A stretch of DNA of 35,126 bases from contig JAKUUF010000001.1 in the NCBI GenBank assembly GCA_022448705.1, forward strand, positions 1 through 35,126, read 5' to 3'. This DNA comes from SAR324 cluster bacterium. GTDB taxonomy: Bacteria > SAR324 > NAC60-12. A program made the position numbers and the translations under genes. The notes under the pieces are model-generated. The model made no database searches. It had not been told where the DNA came from and saw only the letters and a program-made list of their open reading frames with translations. Below, in pieces: positions 24,314-32,933 of this stretch (positions are counted from its first letter, which is position 1; every line of letters starts with the position of its first letter).

Positions 24314-26842
24314 ATGAAATCAGTTTGCCGCGTAATTTTGTGGATGTCAGTTTTAGTTATCTCGATGCCTTTTTACGGACTTTCACAAAACAACCTTGAG
24401 TCCCCTCAGCTTTCTATTCAGACACAATCATATTTCCATAATCCGGATACCGGGACTTATCTCTATCGTAATGCAAAGGTGGAATGGGAGGGAATTACTG
24501 TGGAAAGCACAGAAATCAATTATCACCCGGAAAAGCATAGATTAACTGCATGGGGATATGTCAGGGTGACAGAAGGCAGTACTGTTGCAGTTATGGACGA
24601 GTTAGAAATTAATGTAAAAAACGGAAACGGTATTTTCCGGAATGCAATAATTTTTGATTCTTCAAACAAAGCCTACATGACAGCAGAAGAAGTGAGAAGG
24701 ATTGGGAAAAACCATTTTGTAGCACAGACTTGTACATTTACAACCTGTGATCCTAAATCACCTGCATGGCAAATAACAGGCAGTGAAGTAAATTACTATT
24801 CCCAGAACTTTTCATCATCTCAAAGCACCTTCCTCAGAGTAGGCAATGTGCCGATATTTTATTTTCCCTACCTTGCCTGGCCGACAGTAAAACGCCGTCA
24901 ATCCGGATTTCTTCCTCCAGAGTACATTATAGTCCGGAGCAGCGTAAGAAAATGGGACCTGGGATATCGCATAGGCATACCTTATTTCTGGGCAATTGAT
25001 CCGGAACAGGATTTAACCATCACTTATGACTGGGTGGAGAGACGTGGTCCCGGTTTGCGTCTGGATTACCAATATGCCTTAACCAGGGGCATGAGGGGTG
25101 AAATCAAATACCAGGAATTTTTTGAACGTGATGCAAGAGATCCGGAAAATGAATCCGGAAGCTTGAACGCGGAAGAGATTGATTCTTCTGAATTGAATCC
25201 CAAACGTTTTAAATTTGAATTCAACCACAACCAGCAGATAGATGGACAGAGCAGGCTGATTACATCCGCACTGGTCTATAGTGACAGTCAGTTTCAAAAA
25301 GAGTATGAACTGATAGATAACCCTGACCCGAATACTGCACAAAAACTGACAGCAAACATCAATCGCCAGTTTTCAAATGGATCTATCTCTCTTTCTGCTA
25401 CTCAAACTCGTGTATTCAGTGAATTAGCACTGCTTAACAGAAGTATTGATCTAACTCAGGTTCAACACTTGCCTGCACTTTCATTTCAATTCAGGGATAC
25501 ATTCTGGCGTTCAGGTAGAGCATCATTGTCTCCGGAGATCAGCGGATCTGTTGTCCGATACTACAGGGTACAGGGATACAACGGAGAAGGTGCCGCGGCC
25601 ACTCCCAGGCTGAATTTTAATTTCCCGGTTTTTAACCATTTTGACGGCAGCATTAAAATTGGGAAGCAGTTATCACGCTACAAAGTTCGTGATCCAAATC
25701 TGCCCGGAAGTGAGGATGAATACGGATTTGAAATTTTAGATAGTGAAATAGAATTTAACACTGTCTTTTCCAAAATATTTAAAAATGAAACCGGAACTTT
25801 CACTCGATTCAAACATTTGGTAACACCGCGTATTCAATACAATTACATTGAGGATGTGCCGCAACAATCTGATTCCGGAGTGCCTTTTGGCGGAGGTGTA
25901 TCAGCAAGGAGATTAGCCACGCTCAGGCTGGAAAACATTTTGCTCGCCAAACGGCGTTACTTTGAAAGAAGTGTAAAATTAACTTCCCTTGCTTTGGACA
26001 GAATGCGGAGAGATCAAATGGACCCTGCACTGATTCGCAAACTGGAATTAATAAAAGACCGGGAATTTGCGTCAATGCAAATATTTGACAGACAGCTGGA
26101 AAATCTGTTTGGGACAGAATTAAGTGCCCGGCAAAAAGACAGTATTATTGCTTACGCAGAAAAAGGAGTTGTCCCGCTACATAATAAGCAGACCCGTGGT
26201 CAATTCCGTGAAGGAAAAAGCAGTTCCGTAGCAACCCTGAACTTTATTCAGCATTATGACAACTTAAAAAAAAATCCATATTTTCAACCGATCGGTCCTG
26301 GAGTTAAAGGAAATGAAACGGAACCGGGTCAACCTCTTTTACCTCTGCGTACCATCCTGAAAGTAACTCCGGGGACGGATTTTTCCATCAGCATATTTAA
26401 CCGCTATCATCACCAGAAAAGCCGTGTAGTTGAATATTCTGCTGACATGAGCGTCGGCGTGAGTAAACACAACAAAGCTTCAGTTCATTTCCGAAATAAT
26501 GAACAAGCATACCAAACCCCTTTTGGTGAAGACGTTGCTGCTGCAAACACTTTCAGTTTCAGTAACAATTTTGCAACCAGTGATGAACTGGCTTTTGGAG
26601 TTGCTGGTACAGTAAACCTGGATGCAGACAGCTACACATTCAGGCGTCGTCTTACATCCAGTGTTTTTAGCCTGGAATACAAACCTGACTGCTGGAACAT
26701 ACGGCTGGCCTTGACAGAAAATGTAGATAAAACAACAACGAGCAGCGGACGGGAAAAAGAGTACATCGACCGGACTCTTTATGCATACATCAACCTGGGA
26801 GGGGTTGATATTCCGGAGCAAATTCTGCCCGATCTGGAATAG
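24314..26842 (+). CDS. lptD: LPS-assembly outer-membrane protein LptD (OstA family)
   Basis: The ATG at 24314 gives the signal peptide MKSVCRVILWMSVLVISMPFYGLSQ. There is an OstA-like N-terminal domain, and TCTFTTCDPKSPAWQITGSEVNYY...VPIFYFPYLAWP matches the LptD signature. The C-terminus is a large barrel. The track ORF begins at 24224 with a 30-aa extension lacking a signal peptide. Confidence 0.85.
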   Translation: MKSVCRVILWMSVLVISMPFYGLSQNNLESPQLSIQTQSYFHNPDTGTYLYRNAKVEWEGITVESTEINYHPEKHRLTAWGYVRVTEGSTVAVMDELEINVKNGNGIFRNAIIFDSSNKAYMTAEEVRRIGKNHFVAQTCTFTTCDPKSPAWQITGSEVNYYSQNFSSSQSTFLRVGNVPIFYFPYLAWPTVKRRQSGFLPPEYIIVRSSVRKWDLGYRIGIPYFWAIDPEQDLTITYDWVERRGPGLRLDYQYALTRGMRGEIKYQEFFERDARDPENESGSLNAEEIDSSELNPKRFKFEFNHNQQIDGQSRLITSALVYSDSQFQKEYELIDNPDPNTAQKLTANINRQFSNGSISLSATQTRVFSELALLNRSIDLTQVQHLPALSFQFRDTFWRSGRASLSPEISGSVVRYYRVQGYNGEGAAATPRLNFNFPVFNHFDGSIKIGKQLSRYKVRDPNLPGSEDEYGFEILDSEIEFNTVFSKIFKNETGTFTRFKHLVTPRIQYNYIEDVPQQSDSGVPFGGGVSARRLATLRLENILLAKRRYFERSVKLTSLALDRMRRDQMDPALIRKLELIKDREFASMQIFDRQLENLFGTELSARQKDSIIAYAEKGVVPLHNKQTRGQFREGKSSSVATLNFIQHYDNLKKNPYFQPIGPGVKGNETEPGQPLLPLRTILKVTPGTDFSISIFNRYHHQKSRVVEYSADMSVGVSKHNKASVHFRNNEQAYQTPFGEDVAAANTFSFSNNFATSDELAFGVAGTVNLDADSYTFRRRLTSSVFSLEYKPDCWNIRLALTENVDKTTTSSGREKEYIDRTLYAYINLGGVDIPEQILPDLE

Positions 26843-26845
26843 CAT

Positions 26846-27595
26846 ATGGAAAAATTTTCTCTTAGTGCATTTTTTAACAAATATATTTTCCATTACACAA
26901 TCAAATGCATTTGCATTTTGTTGATTCTGGTTATTTCTTTTTGTTTTTCTGCAAAAATATATGCAGAAGAATCTTTATCAGCTGAGAAAGGCACATCAGA
27001 CCAACGTGGTTTTGAGTCACGTGTCGCAAAACCTGAGCCTGATTTTTTTTTCTCAGGCAGTTCTTCTGAATTGAAGGGATTTTATTTTGGTGTGGGGTTC
27101 AGGAATGTAAGTCTTCAAGTTGCGAATGATGTGACCGTTTCTGATTCGGATGGAACAGCAAACGGAATTGGGACAAATTTGGGCTATTTCTGGGAAGAAC
27201 AGGCTTTAGAATATGAACGTCAAATCTCAATAATCAATCATACAGATTCACTTACTTACGAAACACAAACGGGTCAAAAACTGGAAGTAATTCAAAATAA
27301 CTTTTGGTACATACTTTACCCAAAAATAAGCATGAAATTTTATTTGCACTATGGTGCAGGAATCCAGTTTACTAAAACCCGTTTTGCTGCAACTGGAAGC
27401 AACACGTCTTATGAAGATGAAATTGCAATTGGAGCTGAAACCGGAGTGACTTATTTTGTAATGTCTAATTTAAAATTGTTTTATAGATTTTCTGTGGGAA
27501 GACAAATTCCTTTTCTTAAGACTTCAGATTCCAGTGCTTTTTTAAAGCAAAGCCAACTGCATACTATCTTCCTGAATTATTACATTCCTCTTTGA
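26846..27595 (+). CDS. putative small outer-membrane beta-barrel protein
   Basis: Signal peptide ending AKIYA/EE. Alternating-residue beta-strand pattern (GAETGVTYFVMSNLKLFYRFSVG). Starts 3 nt after lptD. Confidence 0.45.
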   Translation: MEKFSLSAFFNKYIFHYTIKCICILLILVISFCFSAKIYAEESLSAEKGTSDQRGFESRVAKPEPDFFFSGSSSELKGFYFGVGFRNVSLQVANDVTVSDSDGTANGIGTNLGYFWEEQALEYERQISIINHTDSLTYETQTGQKLEVIQNNFWYILYPKISMKFYLHYGAGIQFTKTRFAATGSNTSYEDEIAIGAETGVTYFVMSNLKLFYRFSVGRQIPFLKTSDSSAFLKQSQLHTIFLNYYIPL

Positions 27596-27658
27596 AAATA
27601 CAAATACAGCTTTCTGCTTTGGCAGTTTGCCAGTCTTTTTTTGGCATCTCAGACATTA

Positions 27659-28855
27659 TTAACTGGCTTTATTAACTTCACAAACTCCAGCTTTTGTTAG
27701 TTCATTTATTTGTTTAAGTGAATATCCAAGTTCTTTAAGCACCATTTCCGTTTGCTCACCAAGTTCAACACCAACATGCCGATATTCCGGTTTACAGGAT
27801 GAAAACTTGAATGGTGATGCTATCTGTCTCTGGGTTGATCCGGATGAATCAGGGACATCCACAAACATTTCTCTGTCTTTGAATTGCTGATGTTCCATCG
27901 CTTCCGGAAATTCCAGAACCAGTTCAACACAGGCATCACAATCAGCAAACGCAACTTCCCACTCAGACCATGGACGATCCAAAAAGCGTTTTTTAAGGAT
28001 TTTCTTCAACCTTTTTTGAGATTTTTGATCAGAAAGTGAAATCTCCAATAATGTTTCCGGAAGCTCCATTGCATTAATCAATGCGGCAAAAAAATGAGGC
28101 TCCAGGCTGCTTACAGAAACGATGCGCCCGTCCTTTGTCTGATAATAATCGTATAAGGTACCTCCATTGAGAAAAGTAGATTCAGGCTCTGCCCCGTCAC
28201 CACCGGCCAGCCAGTTTGCGCCTTCAAATACATTCATGCTGAACATAGCATCCGCCATGCTGATATCTATAGCCTGCCCTTCACCTGTCAGCTGACGGTG
28301 AATTACTGCAGATAAAATTCCCATAACCACATGATATGAACCTCCTGCAACATCAGCCACCTGAATTCCAAGGGGTACAGGCAGTTCATTTTTGCGGCGA
28401 CTGTAGTTGCTGACTCCTGAAATTGCCAGGTAATTGAGGTCATGCCCGGCACGGTATCTGTAACCTCCTGTCTGACCGTATCCAGTAAGGGAACAAAATA
28501 TAAGTGAGGGATTTTGTTTGCACAGTTGCTGGTAATCCAGACCAAGCCTCTTCATCACACCTGGACGGAATTGCTCCAGAACAATATCATATTTTTTGAT
28601 CAGCTGATTTACAATTTTGACTGCTTCTGGGTGTTTTAGGTTTAACCCGATGGAATGTTTTGAGCGGTTCAGGGAGGCATGGGCATTCAGGCCTCCCTTC
28701 ACATTTGCCGGGAGACTTCTTGTAATATCAGGACGCGAGGAGGTCTCTACTCTTAAAACTTCTGCACCTAAATCAGCAAGTGTTTTTGAAGCAAATGGTC
28801 CTGGAAGCAGTGTGGAGAAATCTAGAATTTTTAATGAAGAAAGTGGTGCAGGCAT
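27659..28855 (-). CDS. family III CoA-transferase (CaiB/BaiF; alpha-methylacyl-CoA racemase-like)
   Basis: LKILDFSTLLPGPFASKTLADLGAEVLRVE at the N-terminus, plus GYGQTGGY..RAGHDLNYLA..G, are typical family III CoA-transferase motifs. Confidence 0.85.
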   Translation of the reverse strand: MPAPLSSLKILDFSTLLPGPFASKTLADLGAEVLRVETSSRPDITRSLPANVKGGLNAHASLNRSKHSIGLNLKHPEAVKIVNQLIKKYDIVLEQFRPGVMKRLGLDYQQLCKQNPSLIFCSLTGYGQTGGYRYRAGHDLNYLAISGVSNYSRRKNELPVPLGIQVADVAGGSYHVVMGILSAVIHRQLTGEGQAIDISMADAMFSMNVFEGANWLAGGDGAEPESTFLNGGTLYDYYQTKDGRIVSVSSLEPHFFAALINAMELPETLLEISLSDQKSQKRLKKILKKRFLDRPWSEWEVAFADCDACVELVLEFPEAMEHQQFKDREMFVDVPDSSGSTQRQIASPFKFSSCKPEYRHVGVELGEQTEMVLKELGYSLKQINELTKAGVCEVNKAS

Positions 28856-28856
28856 T

Positions 28857-29273
28857 CTATTCTAAAGCAATCACTGCCTCAGCAATTATTGTCTGAGCTT
28901 CAGGGGTGTGAGCCTGCATTTCAAGTCGCACCAGTTTTTCATTCCCCTTTTCAAATTTTTCTACAACTTTTCCTGTGCAGGTTACACTGTCGCCAATATG
29001 AGTCATGGCAGTGAAACGATTATTTATGCTCCTGATAGCGGATTGAGGCACCCAGTCTGTAAGCATCCTCGCAAGATAACCAGCGGAAAGCATGCCGTGC
29101 GCAATCACGTCATCCAGCCCTGCCGATTTTGCATAATCCAGGTCAACATGAATAGGATTATGGTCTCCGGAGGCCCCGCAATACAGTGCCAGGGTATGTC
29201 GGGAAACGGGCGGAATTTTTAAAGCTGGAATTTCATCTCCTACTTTCAGTGATTCAAATGTTGGAACTGTCAT
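28857..29273 (-). CDS. MaoC-like (R)-specific enoyl-CoA hydratase, hot-dog fold
   Basis: YCGASGDHNPIHVDLDYAKSAGLDDVIAHGM is the MaoC dehydratase active-site motif (D-x-N-P-I-H). 138 aa. It ends 1 nt before the CoA-transferase start. Confidence 0.85.
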   Translation of the reverse strand: MTVPTFESLKVGDEIPALKIPPVSRHTLALYCGASGDHNPIHVDLDYAKSAGLDDVIAHGMLSAGYLARMLTDWVPQSAIRSINNRFTAMTHIGDSVTCTGKVVEKFEKGNEKLVRLEMQAHTPEAQTIIAEAVIALE

Positions 29274-29311
29274 TATGCTGTGCTGATTGAATAATTATTT
29301 TTTAATGTTTT

Positions 29312-29752
29312 TTAATGTCGAAAAACGTAATTAGTGAGAGTTTCAGCAACCTTTTCATCATGCTGATTGATGAACTCCGTGTGAGAAATAACAAACTGCA
29401 GAGTGCCTTCTTTTTTATCAATTATATCAGTTATTTTTTTACGCACCGTTATTTCATCACCTGCATATATTGGCCCGTGGTAAGTAAAATTTTCTTCTCC
29501 GTGCAATAATTTTCCCAGGGTCTCTCCCAGCAAATTCACCAAGTCAACTAATTCCAGCGCGTCTATTTCCAGCACAAAAGGGTATGTTGGAGGAGCCAGC
29601 AGTCCGGGCAGACCTGCAGCCGCAGCTGCATCAGGATCAGTATAGATTCCCTGAGTCATTCCAAGAGTCTTTGCCAAGAATTTAAGCCGTCCCTCTTCAA
29701 CAGGCAAAATCACGGGACTGAACTCATGTCCAATATGTTTTTTTTCGATCAT
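29312..29752 (-). CDS. MaoC N-terminal-type hot-dog protein (probable non-catalytic partner subunit of the hydratase)
   Basis: 146 aa with hot-dog-fold length and pattern (GIYTDPDAAAAAGLPGLLAPPTYPF...HGEENFTYHGPIYAGDEI). It lacks the DxNPIH motif, like HadA/ChsH-type partner subunits. Confidence 0.65.
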   Translation of the reverse strand: MIEKKHIGHEFSPVILPVEEGRLKFLAKTLGMTQGIYTDPDAAAAAGLPGLLAPPTYPFVLEIDALELVDLVNLLGETLGKLLHGEENFTYHGPIYAGDEITVRKKITDIIDKKEGTLQFVISHTEFINQHDEKVAETLTNYVFRH

Positions 29753-29889
29753 GCTGCAAGTTAAACAAATATCTTCAAAAATGCCGGCTGATTAAATTCC
29801 CCTTATTATCACTATTTATAAGCTTAAGCAGGTGGGAAAAGTCTAACCCCGGTTTTTTTATCTGTCAACATAAACATGTTGCGTAATTT

Positions 29890-30702
29890 TCACAAACGCC
29901 TGCAGAGAGAAGACAGGTGCGGAAGCCCTCGGCTGCACAGAATCTGAACACAGGATTCAATTTTACCTAGATCAGGCCGTGCAGTTGCAGGCAGGTCATT
30001 AACTCGGTTGCGAACTGTTAAATAACACTGAAGTAATCTCTGTTCCTGTTTAATAAGTTTTAATTTGCCTGGTGCGCATTGCACACGTGCCTCTCTGAAA
30101 GTAGACCATTCAGGAAGTCGTGACAGATCCATTAGCAGTGATTTGCGAATAGACTGTATTTCTTCAGCGTATGCTTTTTTTTGCCTGTTCGAACTGCAGG
30201 ATTCATTTCTTTTTGTGCCCCGGTCAGGGAATTTGGGAACCTGAATGATCGCCAGGTAAATCAATATCAGCGCAATAATTGATCCTGCAGCAATCAGTAA
30301 GAACTTTAACCACTTTTTCCAGTTTATAAATGAAGTTTTTTTTGGTTTGCCATCCCTGAAACTAACCTGGAAAAACTGCACCTTTCCGTCTGATGACTCC
30401 TGGTTTAATATTGGAGTCTGATCCAGTCCGAGGACTGCTCCAACCAATTTTATCTCAGAAATTTCCGGAGAATACATTCCTTCAGTCAAAGCTGAAAGTT
30501 TAGCAACCTCGTTTGCATAACGTGCAATCAGCTGCATTACTTCCTGATTTTGGCGCCAGTTTCCTCTGTTTACATCAGGTGCTGTCACCCTGGCAAGATC
30601 TGACCTGGAAAACATCCTGGCCTTGCGCTCCTTGCCGGAGCCCGAGTCGCATACACCTATGGGACGCCATTGTAGATATTTTAATGGGGAAATTTCAGTC
30701 AT
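29890..30702 (-). CDS. hypothetical single-pass membrane protein
   Basis: 270-aa ORF with one central TM helix (WLKFLLIAAGSIIALILIYLAIIQV). The C-terminal domain is Cys-rich. No motif recognised. Start uncertain. Confidence 0.45.
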   Translation of the reverse strand: MTEISPLKYLQWRPIGVCDSGSGKERKARMFSRSDLARVTAPDVNRGNWRQNQEVMQLIARYANEVAKLSALTEGMYSPEISEIKLVGAVLGLDQTPILNQESSDGKVQFFQVSFRDGKPKKTSFINWKKWLKFLLIAAGSIIALILIYLAIIQVPKFPDRGTKRNESCSSNRQKKAYAEEIQSIRKSLLMDLSRLPEWSTFREARVQCAPGKLKLIKQEQRLLQCYLTVRNRVNDLPATARPDLGKIESCVQILCSRGLPHLSSLCRRL

Positions 30703-30771
30703 TCTACGGGGAACGGATATTCCCTGTGCAGTGAAGCTTGAGGAAGAATGAAGCAGATGGACTTAAATCAC

Positions 30772-30846
30772 TGGCTGGGGCGGCAGGGATCGAACCTGCG
30801 AATCACGGGATCAAAACCCGTTGCCTTACCACTTGGCTACGCCCCA
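30772..30846 (-). tRNA. tRNA-Gln (anticodon UUG), CCA encoded
   Basis: The reverse complement is UGGGGCGUAGCCAAGUGGUAAGGCAACGGGUUUUGAUCCCGUGAUUCGCAGGUUCGAUCCCUGCCGCCCCAGCCA. Acceptor stem UGGGGCG/CGCCCCA with the U1-A72 pair typical of bacterial tRNA-Gln. Anticodon loop UUUUGAU. T-arm GCAGG-UUCGAUC-CCUGC. Nearly collinear with E. coli tRNA-Gln as I recall it. Confidence 0.95.
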
Positions 30847-30870
30847 AACAGCAGTTAACTAAGAGATTTA

Positions 30871-30898
30871 ATTCTAACTTTGCATGGATAATTTTCAA
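30871..30898 (-). promoter_or_regulatory. candidate sigma-70 promoter for tRNA-Gln (TTGAAA-N16-TAGAAT)
   Basis: The minus strand reads TTGAAA (30898-30893), a 16-nt spacer, then TAGAAT (30876-30871), ending 24 nt upstream of the mature tRNA 5' end. Confidence 0.45.
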
Positions 30899-30917
30899 GA
30901 GTTTTTAAGGAACACTT

Positions 30918-31595
30918 TTATTCTTCAACTACAAATTCAAATCCCAGAATAGTCAGTGTAAAGAGAACTATGTCAAATCCAGCAAGCAATTTCCACCATG
31001 ACCAGACTTCCTGCTGGTGTAATCCAAAAAATAAATTTTCCATCAGGCGGACAACACACAGAAGGCTTGGTACCATAAGGGGGAAAATAAGAATTGGCAG
31101 CAAAATTTCTTTGCCGCGTACAGTTGAGGTCATTACGGTCAGTAAGGTCCCTAATGAACTGAAACCGATAGTACCAAAAAGCAAAACCAGGAACAACCCA
31201 GTCCAGCTCAGAACATCAATTTCAAATATAAACAGGCACAGCGGAACAAACAGAAGTTGGGTGAGCAGCAGAAACATGGTGTTGGCCAGCATTTTACCTA
31301 AAAACAAAACACTGCGGTCTACAGGTGCGATCAACAACGCTCCCATGCAACCTGATTCCATTTCCTGTACGAAAGATTTCCCCAGCCCCAGTACGCCGCT
31401 CATCAATGTAACTATCCAGATTACTCCCGGAAGGGCAGTCAGGAACATTTCAGGTTCCTTACCCATGGCAAACTGGAAAACCAGCAGGGCCAGTATTGCG
31501 AACAAGAGCATGGACAGTAAATTGTCCTTGCGCTGCAAGTCAATCAGTATATCTTTCCAGACCAGAATTAAAGTTTGCCGGAAAAATATTTGCAT
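30918..31595 (-). CDS. ccmB: heme exporter protein B (CcmB family ABC permease)
   Basis: 225 aa with 6 TM segments. ALPGVIWIVTLMSGVLGLGKSF..E..SG parallels E. coli CcmB IAPGIIWVAALLSSLLALERLF..D..DG. ILLPILIFPLMVP parallels VLLSILVLPLTIP. Confidence 0.75.
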   Translation of the reverse strand: MQIFFRQTLILVWKDILIDLQRKDNLLSMLLFAILALLVFQFAMGKEPEMFLTALPGVIWIVTLMSGVLGLGKSFVQEMESGCMGALLIAPVDRSVLFLGKMLANTMFLLLTQLLFVPLCLFIFEIDVLSWTGLFLVLLFGTIGFSSLGTLLTVMTSTVRGKEILLPILIFPLMVPSLLCVVRLMENLFFGLHQQEVWSWWKLLAGFDIVLFTLTILGFEFVVEE

Positions 31596-31634
31596 GAAGA
31601 TAAGTGGAATTTTTGTAAGTGGCAGCGAGAAATT

Positions 31635-31991
31635 TCAGGCGGCTTTTTCTTTGCCCGTAGATTCAGATTTCTTGCTGGAAGTTGTTTCTTTGTTTGCAGC
31701 CGTACCTGATTTTTCAGCAGAAGGCTGTTTGTCCTTGGCTGATGTTTTCTTGTCTGAGTCGTCTGTTTTTTCTTTTCCGGATTTTTCTGTTTTTTCAGAT
31801 TCATTGCTTTTGCCTGAATACCCGTCCTTATACCAGCCTCCTCCTTTGAGGTGAAATGCACTCATTGAAACCTGGCGCCTTGCACTGTTTTTTCCACAAT
31901 CAGGACATTCCTCAAGTGGTGGCTCATTGAACTTCTGCACTTCTTCAAATTGATATCCACAACTCGCACAGAGGTATTCATAGATTGGCAT
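31635..31991 (-). CDS. FmdB-family zinc-ribbon protein (CxxC-CxxC) with a K/E/S-rich tail
   Basis: MPIYEYLCASCGYQFEEVQKFNEPPLEECPDCGK is the FmdB/CxxC_CxxC_SSSS signature. It is followed by a low-complexity KSGKEKTDDSDKK... tail. Confidence 0.8.
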   Translation of the reverse strand: MPIYEYLCASCGYQFEEVQKFNEPPLEECPDCGKNSARRQVSMSAFHLKGGGWYKDGYSGKSNESEKTEKSGKEKTDDSDKKTSAKDKQPSAEKSGTAANKETTSSKKSESTGKEKAA

Positions 31992-32091
31992 ATCTGTCCC
32001 GTTCTGTTACAATTAATCTGGTTTAAGTTGCCCAGATTATAAAGAAAATTATGAATTTTGTCAATGCAGATTTATACGGAGATATGATTTG

Positions 32092-32817
32092 ATGGCGAGT
32101 AAACTTGAGGCCACAAATCTGAAAAAATCGTATCAGGGAAGACATGCCGTAAAAGGAATCTCAGTCCAGGTCTCTCAGGGTCAGGTCGTCGGTCTGCTGG
32201 GTCCAAACGGTGCAGGAAAAACTACTGCATTTTACATGATAGTCGGCGTTCTTCGTCCTGACGAGGGGTCTATCCATTTAGACGGCCAGAACATCACCGG
32301 ATTCCCCATGCACAAGAGAGCAAAAGCAGGACTGGGATATCTTTCCCAGGAACGTTCTATTTTCCGCAAACTTACAGTAGAAGAAAACCTTATTGCTGTG
32401 CTGGAAATGCTTCCTTTAAGCCGTAATGAAAAACAGGAACGGCTTGATTCCCTGCTGTCTGAACTTGGAATTCAACATGTACGGAAAATAAAAGGATACG
32501 CGCTCTCTGGCGGGGAAAGCAGAAGAGCTGAAATAGCCCGGGCACTGGTGCTTGAACCTTCAATCATGCTTCTGGATGAACCTTTTGCAGGAGTTGACCC
32601 CATTGCAGTTGCAGATATTCAAACAATTATTCAACAGCTTGCAAAGAGAAATATTGGAGTGTTAATCACAGATCATAACGTACGTGAGACATTCGGAATA
32701 ATAGATTATGGATATATTATGAACGAAGGTGAACTGCTGATTGATGGAACTCCGGATGAATTGGTGGAAAATGATCAGGCAAGGAAAGTTTACCTGGGAA
32801 AAACATTCTCCATGTAG
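32092..32817 (+). CDS. lptB: LPS export ABC transporter ATP-binding protein LptB
   Basis: Walker A GPNGAGKTT, signature LSGGESRRAEIARAL, Walker B MLLDEPFAGVDP, H-loop ITDHNV. Located immediately upstream of rpoN, the conserved lptB-rpoN arrangement. Confidence 0.9.
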   Translation: MASKLEATNLKKSYQGRHAVKGISVQVSQGQVVGLLGPNGAGKTTAFYMIVGVLRPDEGSIHLDGQNITGFPMHKRAKAGLGYLSQERSIFRKLTVEENLIAVLEMLPLSRNEKQERLDSLLSELGIQHVRKIKGYALSGGESRRAEIARALVLEPSIMLLDEPFAGVDPIAVADIQTIIQQLAKRNIGVLITDHNVRETFGIIDYGYIMNEGELLIDGTPDELVENDQARKVYLGKTFSM

Positions 32818-32933
32818 GTTTGACTTTTTATCAACTTGGAGCAAAACTAGTAGCATGAATGTTGATTCCATAAGTTTTTAGCAAACTGTATAAATAATCA
32901 CCTGAAAACGTTTAACCTAGATAAAGAGGATTT

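Noticed and set aside
27596-27658. Possible terminator TGGCA-GTT-TGCCA followed by TTTTTTT after the 26846 gene
   Set aside because: The stem is only 5 bp with a 3-nt loop and would be marginally stable. The T-run is convincing, but the hairpin is too weak to call a feature.
30703-30917. tRNA-Gln as an integration hotspot marking a genomic island
   Set aside because: No integrase, recombinase or phage genes flank it. I saw no direct repeat of the tRNA 3' end nearby. The flanking genes (ccmB, a hypothetical membrane protein, CoA metabolism) look chromosomal.
30970-31854. 294-aa plus-strand ORF spanning ccmB and the zinc-ribbon gene
   Set aside because: It lies entirely antisense to two genes with clear family signatures, crosses their intergenic gap and has a composition unlike real proteins (S/R/N/I-rich, no motif). 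It is most likely a chance open frame.
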